This document shows, one piece after another, positions 15,435 through 22,602 of a DNA stretch of 64,000 bases (its first letter is position 1; each line of letters begins with the position of its first letter). This DNA comes from Bacteroidales bacterium. Lineage in GTDB: Bacteria; Bacteroidota; Bacteroidia; Bacteroidales; P3. A program made the translations under genes and the position numbers. Location: NCBI GenBank assembly GCA_009785425.1, contig WQWI01000006.1:1304-65303 (forward strand), written 5' to 3'. Under the pieces are notes generated by a model. The model was not told the origin of the DNA and ran no database searches. It saw only the letters and a program-made list of their open reading frames with translations.

Positions 15435-16863
15435 AACCGAAAATCATAACCATTTGCAAATAGTCACAAACATATCAAGTTTCCCAAAGGACTTACAAAC
15501 AGTCGCAACAGTCGGTATCTTCGACGGTGTCCACCTCGCACATCGCCTGCTTTTAGACGAGTTGAAACGCAAGGCACAAGAATACTCCGCCACATCGGTC
15601 GTGATCACATTCGACAAACATCCTTGCGAAGTGATTGCTCCTGAACGCTACAGAAAAGAAGTTTTTTTGCTAACAACGTTAGACGAAAAAATAGAGCTGT
15701 TTCGAGAAATCGGAATTGACTATGTGGTTGTGTTGCCGTTTACAAAAGACTTTGCAGCGTTGTCGTATGCCGATTTTATTGAAAATATGACAGTGAACTA
15801 TATTCGTCCAAAGTTGATTTTGGTTGGATTTAATCATAATTTCGGAAAAGAGCGTCAAGGTAATTTTGAAAAGTTGCAGGAGTTAGCGATAAAACACGAT
15901 TTTGAAGCCGAAATTTTTCCCGAACAACATTTTGAAAACGGACAGAAAGTTAGCTCGTCTGAAATTCGAAAATTGATTTTGTCCGGAGATATTGAAAAAG
16001 CCAGTCAACTGTTAGGTCGTCATCCCGAGCGCAGTCGAGGGATCCCCTTGATGCATGGGGATATTTCGACTGCGCTTCGCTCCGCTCAACATGACGGTGC
16101 GATAGCAGAAAATCTAAAACACATCAGGCAACAGATTCCTGAAAATGTGAAGTTGGTTGCGGTCTCAAAAACCAAGCCTATTGCGGATTTAGAAGAAGCA
16201 TACGCAGCAGGTCAGCGAGATTTTGGCGAAAATAAAGTACAAGAATTGGTTGCGAAACAACCGCATTTGCCAAACGATATTCGCTGGCATTTTATCGGAC
16301 ACATGCAAACCAACAAAGTCAAATTTATCGCACCATTCGTGCATCTGATACACGGTGTAGATAGCTTGAAGTTGCTCAAAGAGATCGACAAACAGGCTCA
16401 AAAAAACAACCGAATTATAGACTGTCTGTTGGAATTTCATATTGCCGAGGAAGAAACCAAATTCGGTTTGAATTTACAAGAGGCAGACCAAATTTTGTCG
16501 TCAACCGTAGGGGCGGGGTCCACCCGCCCCAATAACCATTTGCCTCAACCGCAAATTCAAATTAAGGGCGGGCAGACCCCGCCCCTACAGAACGTCCGTA
16601 TCTGCGGCATAATGGGTATGGCAACATTCACAGACAACGCCGAGCAAATTCGCCGTGAATTTCGAAATCTGCATCAAATTTTCCAAATTTTGAAAGAAAA
16701 GTATTTTGCAGATCAGCCACATTTTTGCGAAATTTCCATGGGAATGTCCGACGATTTTCGGATTGCGATAGAGGAAGGGAGTACCATGATTCGCATTGGT
16801 AGTACGATTTTTGGAAACAGGAAAAGTCAATTGCAAGCGGATTCCTCGCTTCGCTCGGAATGA
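15430..16863 (+). CDS. Fusion ORF: RibF N-terminal FMN-adenylyltransferase domain (no riboflavin-kinase domain) joined to a YggS-family PLP-binding protein
   Basis: aa ~25-195: VGIFDGVHLAHRLLL...VITFDKHP...SSSEIRKLILSGDIEKASQLLGR (RibF FADS domain). aa ~225-470: KLVAVSKTKP...GENKVQE...WHFIGHMQTNK...ICGIMGMA...MGMSDDF..AIEEGSTMIRIGSTIFG (YggS). It is one uninterrupted frame. Confidence 0.8.
   Translation: MTTENHNHLQIVTNISSFPKDLQTVATVGIFDGVHLAHRLLLDELKRKAQEYSATSVVITFDKHPCEVIAPERYRKEVFLLTTLDEKIELFREIGIDYVVVLPFTKDFAALSYADFIENMTVNYIRPKLILVGFNHNFGKERQGNFEKLQELAIKHDFEAEIFPEQHFENGQKVSSSEIRKLILSGDIEKASQLLGRHPERSRGIPLMHGDISTALRSAQHDGAIAENLKHIRQQIPENVKLVAVSKTKPIADLEEAYAAGQRDFGENKVQELVAKQPHLPNDIRWHFIGHMQTNKVKFIAPFVHLIHGVDSLKLLKEIDKQAQKNNRIIDCLLEFHIAEEETKFGLNLQEADQILSSTVGAGSTRPNNHLPQPQIQIKGGQTPPLQNVRICGIMGMATFTDNAEQIRREFRNLHQIFQILKEKYFADQPHFCEISMGMSDDFRIAIEEGSTMIRIGSTIFGNRKSQLQADSSLRSE
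16017..16096. repeat. Palindromic repeat (gtcatcccgagcgcagtcgagggatcccc ... ggggatatttcgactgcg..) at the RibF/YggS junction, translated in frame
   Basis: Read directly. It encodes HPERSRGIPLMHGDISTALRSAQHD. Confidence 0.8.
16507..16589. repeat. 'gtagggg...cccctac' double-hairpin repeat inserted in frame inside the YggS domain
   Basis: gtaggggcggggtccacccgcccc...aagggcgggcagaccccgcccctac. It encodes VGAGSTRPNNHLPQPQIQIKGGQTPPLQ. Confidence 0.8.
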
Positions 16864-16991
16864 CAAGCGTTATATGAGGGTAGTGGAGGGAAAAATGGGA
16901 GCGGCAAAGCCGCTCCCATTTTTCCCTCCCTTTCTTTTCCTTAATCATCGTCATGTCGAACGTAGCGAAGCGAAGTGAGACATCTGTTTGC
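16843..16991. mobile_element. ~150-bp MITE-like composite element (~35-bp terminal inverted repeats around a 20-bp-stem hairpin)
   Basis: The TIRs are gcaagcggattcctcgcttcgctcggaatgac and gtcatgtcgaacgtagcgaagcgaagtgagacatctgtttgc. The central hairpin is ggagggaaaaatgggagcgg-caaa-gccgctcccatttttccctcc. A second copy lies at 27686-27839. Confidence 0.65.
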
Positions 16992-17025
16992 AATTTTAAT
17001 ACCATCGCCACGCCGAGCCTGCTTA

Positions 17026-18036
17026 TTATACTAACGCCAAACACAACTTATACAACATACGCGCCCCAACATTAGCATCCCATTCATCCGAACCACACCC
17101 AACCTCACAAAGATCGAAACCAACGATATTTCGTCCCGAATTTTTTAGAAGCTTGATCAAAAAAATCGCTTCATTATAGCTTAATCCGCCCGGAACGGGA
17201 GTCCCCGTGTTTGGACAATATTCGCGAGACAACACGTCAATATCAAAACTGATATACACATTTTTTGGCAATGCTTGAATAATTGCCCTGCATTGCTCTT
17301 GCCATGTGTATCCCGAAAATGTGGCTTCTTTCAGAGCAAAATCATTGAATTGTACGATACGCTCATCATTGTTTGCCAAATCAATTTCATCTTGACAAAC
17401 ATCACGAATGCCTACTTGCACAAGTTTTTTCACAAATTTAAATTGCAAGGCATTGAACATAATCGATGCATGTGAATATGTAAACCCTTCGTAAGCTTTA
17501 CGCAAATCGGCATGTGCATCAAAATGTAAAATTCCGAAATCATCATAAACTTCCGAAAGGGCTTGAATATAACCCAAAGGCGAACTGTGATCGCCACCAA
17601 CCAAACCGACTTTTTTGCCGTTTTTCAAATGCGATTCACAAAGTTTGTAAACATAAGTATTGACAATTTCGCAGGCTTTATTAACAGCGTCCAAATCGTT
17701 TTGTTTTGGGTTTTTTCCGCGTTCCAAATCGGCGATAATTTGCTCGGCAAGTTTGCGATAGGTTTTGTTGGCTTCAACAATCGTATCACTCAAAACCTCT
17801 GTTCCGATACGGGTTTCCCAAGCACGTTCGACATCAAAATCGAAAAAATCCATTTGTAATGAAGCCTGTTTTATGGCTTCCGGTGCTTTTGAAGTTCCGG
17901 CACGATACGATGTTGTAACATCCCAAGGAACAGAAACTAACACAATCTCGCTTTCCTCGATTGTGTAAGGAAAACCGAAGAAGTTACCGTTTGGAATTGC
18001 GATGTTATTTGGGTCGAACATAAACAAATTGGACAT
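17026..18036 (-). CDS. Arginase-family hydrolase (agmatinase / formimidoylglutamase-like)
   Basis: Mn-binding motifs GGDHSSPLG, HFDAHADLR, SFDIDVL. Confidence 0.8.
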   Translation of the reverse strand: MSNLFMFDPNNIAIPNGNFFGFPYTIEESEIVLVSVPWDVTTSYRAGTSKAPEAIKQASLQMDFFDFDVERAWETRIGTEVLSDTIVEANKTYRKLAEQIIADLERGKNPKQNDLDAVNKACEIVNTYVYKLCESHLKNGKKVGLVGGDHSSPLGYIQALSEVYDDFGILHFDAHADLRKAYEGFTYSHASIMFNALQFKFVKKLVQVGIRDVCQDEIDLANNDERIVQFNDFALKEATFSGYTWQEQCRAIIQALPKNVYISFDIDVLSREYCPNTGTPVPGGLSYNEAIFLIKLLKNSGRNIVGFDLCEVGCGSDEWDANVGARMLYKLCLALV

Positions 18037-18087
18037 ATTTTAGCACAAAGATACGATTTTTTTTTGTATCTTTGCATCAAAAACAAC

Positions 18088-19077
18088 ATGAAGATAGCAG
18101 TCGTCGGTGTAACCGGACTTGTGGGAACGGTAATGCTAAAGGTTTTAGAGGAATTCGGATATGATAAAATCGAATTATTGCCTGTTGCTTCGGCACGGTC
18201 TGTGGGGAAGACAGTAACTTATTTTGGAAAGAATTATTCGGTAATCAGCATTGAAGACGCTGTTGCAAAACATCCCAAAATAGCAATATTTTCAGCAGGT
18301 GGAGCGATTTCGCTGGAATATGCACCAAAATTTGCAGAGGTTGGAACATTTGTTATTGACAATTCTTCAGCGTGGCGAATGAAGCCCGAAGTACCTTTGG
18401 TTGTGCCGGAAATCAACGCTTCGACCATAACCAAAGACACAAAAATTATTGCAAATCCCAATTGTTCGACCATACAAATGGTGATGGCTTTGGCACCGTT
18501 GCACTGGAAATATGGAGTTAAACGTGTGGTGGTTTCAACGTACCAATCCGTTTCCGGAACAGGTGTTGAAGCAGTCCGTCAGTTGAAAGATGAGACCGCA
18601 GGACGTGAAACCCCAAAAGTTTATCCGCATCAAATTCATCTCAATGTATTTCCTCACGGTGGAAACTTCAATGCTGACGGCTATACGACTGAAGAACAAA
18701 AATTAGTTGACGAAACTCGCAAAATCCTTGCTGCACCTGATATGCGGATTACCTCTACTGTTGTGCGTGTGCCTGTAATCGGAGGACACAGCGAAGCCGT
18801 GAATATTGAATTTGAGCGCGACTTCGAATTGAGCGATGTGCAAAAACTGCTATTCGAATTTCCCGGCGTAGAGGTGATGGATGATCCGAAAAATAACTTG
18901 TATCCGATGCCGTTGCATTGCGAGAATAAAAACGAAACCTTTGTAGGGCGAATCCGTAGAGATTTCTCTAATCCGAATTCTCTGAATCTTTGGATTGTTG
19001 CGGACAATCTCCGAAAAGGCGCCGCTACAAATGCCGTCCAGATTGCGAACTATCTAATGGAACAGAAAATAATATGA
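18088..19077 (+). CDS. asd: Aspartate-semialdehyde dehydrogenase
   Basis: MKIAVVGVTGLVG..., active-site NPNCSTIQ, QSVSGTG. TATCTTTG box at 18067-18074. Confidence 0.9.
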   Translation: MKIAVVGVTGLVGTVMLKVLEEFGYDKIELLPVASARSVGKTVTYFGKNYSVISIEDAVAKHPKIAIFSAGGAISLEYAPKFAEVGTFVIDNSSAWRMKPEVPLVVPEINASTITKDTKIIANPNCSTIQMVMALAPLHWKYGVKRVVVSTYQSVSGTGVEAVRQLKDETAGRETPKVYPHQIHLNVFPHGGNFNADGYTTEEQKLVDETRKILAAPDMRITSTVVRVPVIGGHSEAVNIEFERDFELSDVQKLLFEFPGVEVMDDPKNNLYPMPLHCENKNETFVGRIRRDFSNPNSLNLWIVADNLRKGAATNAVQIANYLMEQKII

Positions 19078-19081
19078 GATG

Positions 19082-19147
19082 GTCGTCATTCCGCGGTAGG
19101 GCGGAATCCCCCCATAGCAAGGGGATTGCGGGTCAAGCCCGCAATGA
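19082..19147. repeat. Double-hairpin repeat, inverted-orientation copy of 3277-3346
   Basis: gtcattccgcggtagggcggaatcccccc-atagca-aggggattgcgggtcaagcccgcaatgac. Confidence 0.85.
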
Positions 19148-19193
19148 CAATTAGCCCATCGAATAGCAATAATAAAATAAAATAAAAAAAAAC

Positions 19194-19838
19194 ATGAAAA
19201 AACACATCTTCACCTTCGCATTTGTGATTGCCGCAATGGCGATCAATGCACAGACCAGAACCATCAACCTTCCTGCTCCGCAAAGAACCGGCGGAATGCC
19301 TTTAATGGAAGCTTTAGACAATCGTATGACGCATCGAAATTTTTCGGATAGAGCATTGTCACCACAACAGCTTTCCAACTTACTTTGGGCTGCTTCGGGC
19401 GTGAATCGCGATGATGGAAGCAATAGAATGACAGCACCAACAGCCGGAAACAGCCAGCAAATGGTGATTTTTGTTGCTTTGCCAAATGCTGTATACCGCT
19501 ACTTTCCGCAAACTCACGAATTGCGGCTTCATGTTGAAGGCGACCATCGTGCTGCGTTTGGCAGACAAGCGTTTGTTGCTACGGCTCCTGTAGTTATCGG
19601 TATTGTTGCAGATTGGAATAGAATGGAGCGTTGGGGTTCAAACAAAGCAGAGAAGATGAGATATAGCCATACCGATGCCGGCTATGTGTCGCAAAATATT
19701 TACTTGTGGACGGCTTCCGAACGCATGGGATCGGTCGCTATTGGTAACTTTGATCAAAGAGTATTTACGACTGCATTGGGACTTGGTTCGAACTACTACC
19801 CTGTGTTAAATCACGCTGTAGGGTTTATTGCAAACTAA
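19194..19838 (+). CDS. Nitroreductase-family (SagB-type) protein with N-terminal signal peptide
   Basis: MKKHIFTFAFVIAAMAINAQT signal. LMEALDNRMTHRNFSDRALSPQQLSNLLWAASGVNR is typical of the nitroreductase fold. Confidence 0.7.
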   Translation: MKKHIFTFAFVIAAMAINAQTRTINLPAPQRTGGMPLMEALDNRMTHRNFSDRALSPQQLSNLLWAASGVNRDDGSNRMTAPTAGNSQQMVIFVALPNAVYRYFPQTHELRLHVEGDHRAAFGRQAFVATAPVVIGIVADWNRMERWGSNKAEKMRYSHTDAGYVSQNIYLWTASERMGSVAIGNFDQRVFTTALGLGSNYYPVLNHAVGFIAN

Positions 19839-19846
19839 AAAAAAAA

Positions 19847-19873
19847 TAGGGGCGACACAATGTGTCGCCCCTA
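19847..19873. terminator. Bidirectional intrinsic terminator between convergent genes
   Basis: aaaaaaaa-taggggcgacac-aat-gtgtcgccccta-tttttttt. Confidence 0.8.
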
Positions 19874-19886
19874 TTTTTTTTGCCAA

Positions 19887-21731
19887 TTATTCGACAGTAA
19901 CAGATTTCGCCAAATTTCGTGGTTGATCAACGTTGCAACCTTTTAGTGTTGCGATGTGATATGCGAGTAGCTGTAGTGGAATACAGGCCAAAATCGGCAC
20001 AAGCATTTCTTCCGTTTCGGGAATTTCTATACAAAAATCAGAGATGTCTTTTACTCTTGTATCGCCTTCTGTAACGATAGAAATGATGCGTGCTTTGCGT
20101 GCTTTTACTTCTTGGATATTACTTACAATTTTGTCGTAATACCCTTTGTTTGTTGCAATCACAACCACAGGCATTTCCGAGTCAACCAAAGCAATGGGAC
20201 CGTGTTTCATTTCTGCAGCAGGGTAGCCTTCGGCGTGAATATACGAAATCTCTTTGAGTTTCAAAGCACCTTCGAGAGCTAACGGATAATTGTAACCACG
20301 TCCGAGATACAGGAAATTCCTCGAATAAGTGAATATTTTGGAAAAATCCATAATGTGGTCGTTCAGCTTTAACGTTTTCTCAATTTTTTCGGGTATTTCC
20401 GAAAGGCTTTTGATGATTTCCAGATAGCGTTCTTTGCTGATAGTTTTTGCCTCTTTTGCTAAAGCCAACCCGATCAATATGAGTGCTGTTACTTGTGCCG
20501 TGAATGCCTTTGTAGATGCCACACCGATTTCCGGGCCCGCATGTGTATAGGTTCCACTATCAGTCAAACGTGGAATAGAGGAGCCTACAACATTACAGAT
20601 TCCATAGATAAATGCACCCTCTTTTTTCGCCAGTTCAATTGCTGCAAGTGTATCTGCAGTTTCGCCCGATTGCGAAATAGCAATGACCACATCATCTTTG
20701 TAAATAGGCGGATTGCGGTAACGGAATTCGGAAGCATACTCCACTTCAACCGGAATTCGTGTCAACTCTTCAATGATGTATTCGCCTACAAGTCCGGCGT
20801 GCCAAGATGTTCCGCATGCCACAATCAAAATTCGGCGGGCGTTAAGAAATTTATCTTTATTGTCGATAATTCCCGAAAGGGAAACCTGTGTGAGGTCTGC
20901 CGAAATTCGTCCGCGCATACTGTCGTGAAGTGTTTTCGGTTGTTCAAAAATTTCTTTCAGCATGAAATGCGGAAAATCGCCCTTTTCCAATGCTTCCAAA
21001 CTAAGTTCGAGAGTCTGTATGCGAGGTGTTTTTTTGACGTTTTTTAGATTGGTGATTTGCATTTTTTTTCCACGTTCCAAAACCACCACTTCTTCATCAT
21101 TGAGATATACAACATCTTTGGTATATTCGATAATTGGAGAAGCATCCGAGCCCAGCAAAAACTCGTCTTTGCCAACGCCGACGACCAAAGGACTTCCTTT
21201 GCGAGCTGCAATTAGCATATCGGGATTTTCCTTGCTTAAAATAGCAATAGCATACGCACCGACAACTTGCGATAGTGCCAGCTGAACGGCTCGTACCAAA
21301 TCCGTTTTTTCATTGACTTGAATATAGTCGATAAGTTGCACCAAAACCTCGGTATCCGTATCGCTTTGAAACGTACGCCCTCTCGACATCAATTCCTCTT
21401 TGAGAACGTTATAATTTTCAATAATTCCGTTGTGTATAAGTGCTAAACACTCGTTTTCGGAAAAATGCGGATGAGCATTCTTGTCGTTTGGTTCACCATG
21501 TGTAGCCCAACGTGTATGGGCAATCCCGATGGTTCCGGAAATATTTTTGTCGCTGACAAAGTTTTCCAAGTCTGTAACTTTTCCTTTGGATTTATAAACA
21601 TTGAGATCGCTATTATCGCTAATTAATGCAACACCAGCACTGTCGTATCCGCGATACTCTAAACGTTTCAAGCCTTTTATTAGGATTGGATAGGCTTGTT
21701 TTTTTCCGATATAAGCTACGATTCCACACAT
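19887..21731 (-). CDS. glmS: Glutamine--fructose-6-phosphate aminotransferase
   Basis: MCGIVAYIG N-terminal nucleophile, two SIS domains, C-terminal ...LAKSVTVE. Confidence 0.95.
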   Translation of the reverse strand: MCGIVAYIGKKQAYPILIKGLKRLEYRGYDSAGVALISDNSDLNVYKSKGKVTDLENFVSDKNISGTIGIAHTRWATHGEPNDKNAHPHFSENECLALIHNGIIENYNVLKEELMSRGRTFQSDTDTEVLVQLIDYIQVNEKTDLVRAVQLALSQVVGAYAIAILSKENPDMLIAARKGSPLVVGVGKDEFLLGSDASPIIEYTKDVVYLNDEEVVVLERGKKMQITNLKNVKKTPRIQTLELSLEALEKGDFPHFMLKEIFEQPKTLHDSMRGRISADLTQVSLSGIIDNKDKFLNARRILIVACGTSWHAGLVGEYIIEELTRIPVEVEYASEFRYRNPPIYKDDVVIAISQSGETADTLAAIELAKKEGAFIYGICNVVGSSIPRLTDSGTYTHAGPEIGVASTKAFTAQVTALILIGLALAKEAKTISKERYLEIIKSLSEIPEKIEKTLKLNDHIMDFSKIFTYSRNFLYLGRGYNYPLALEGALKLKEISYIHAEGYPAAEMKHGPIALVDSEMPVVVIATNKGYYDKIVSNIQEVKARKARIISIVTEGDTRVKDISDFCIEIPETEEMLVPILACIPLQLLAYHIATLKGCNVDQPRNLAKSVTVE

Positions 21732-21732
21732 A

Positions 21733-22200
21733 TTATTTTTGTTCTTCTTGTGTATTTGGGTTCGGTGTTTCTGATGCTTCAGACGATGTTTGCACTTTCT
21801 TTTCCGGTGTTCGCGGCAATGCGTTCATCCAACGTTGAACAAACCATGTTTCCAAAACAGTGAAAACAAGATAGTAGAGGATGAAATTGAGTAGAAATGC
21901 CATTGCATTTGTTCGTATGGCAAACACGTATATTGCCAAAACAACCATGTAAATGAACATTTTGGCATATTTAGCAATTTGATACTGTTTTAGCAGTGTA
22001 GCGGGTTTATGCTGTGCGAACTTAGATATAAATCCAAACAGCAACCACTGCACACCAATAATAAACAATAAAAGGATAGGCCATAACGGATACATATTTT
22101 CTGACCAAAAATGCTGTGCTAACGAGGAAACAACCATCAATACAGCACCTGTAATCAGAAGATTTCTTGTGTATTTTCTTACAGGTGAAACGGAATTCAT
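21733..22200 (-). CDS. Small integral membrane protein (4 predicted TM helices), function unknown
   Basis: Hydrophobic segments. It is tightly packed between the bactofilin gene and glmS. Confidence 0.55.
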   Translation of the reverse strand: MNSVSPVRKYTRNLLITGAVLMVVSSLAQHFWSENMYPLWPILLLFIIGVQWLLFGFISKFAQHKPATLLKQYQIAKYAKMFIYMVVLAIYVFAIRTNAMAFLLNFILYYLVFTVLETWFVQRWMNALPRTPEKKVQTSSEASETPNPNTQEEQK

Positions 22201-22206
22201 AAATAA

Positions 22207-22572
22207 CTATTTTTTGTTTTGTGTTTTGACTTCTCTTGGATTCATTTTGCAGTGTCCGTGCAATACAGCACCGGTTTCTATAGAGAGTTTATCGGTATGG
22301 ATGTCTCCGATTACGGTTGTTGTTGCTTTGAGTGCCAAATGTTGTTCTACTTCAACTGAGGCGTTGATTTGCCCTTCGAACTCGCCGTTTTGACAAGTGA
22401 TTTTACCGGAGACATTTCCGCCTTGTCCAACGATGAGGCGTCCTTTAGTGGAAATGCTTCCGTCGAAAGTACCGTCAATACGGATGTTTCCGGATGTGTG
22501 AAATTCTCCTTTCACAACTGTTCCTGCACTGATAATGTTGTAGGAGTTGAGTGTTTCTGTTTCTTTTGCCAT
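22207..22572 (-). CDS. Bactofilin-family polymer-forming cytoskeletal protein
   Basis: Repetitive beta-helical G-x-I/V-x-G pattern (VVKGEFHTSGNIRIDGTFDGSISTKGRLIVGQGGNVSGKI...). Confidence 0.8.
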   Translation of the reverse strand: MAKETETLNSYNIISAGTVVKGEFHTSGNIRIDGTFDGSISTKGRLIVGQGGNVSGKITCQNGEFEGQINASVEVEQHLALKATTTVIGDIHTDKLSIETGAVLHGHCKMNPREVKTQNKK

Positions 22573-22602
22573 GGTTAAAGATTTATGAGTTTATGATACA
22601 TG

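Noticed and set aside
20493-21047. Long antisense ORFs inside glmS, parE (53384-53908), queA (36828-37232), lpxD (39313-39714) and others
   Set aside because: These are shadow ORFs on the opposite strand of well-supported conserved genes. They have no independent motifs or promoter boxes.
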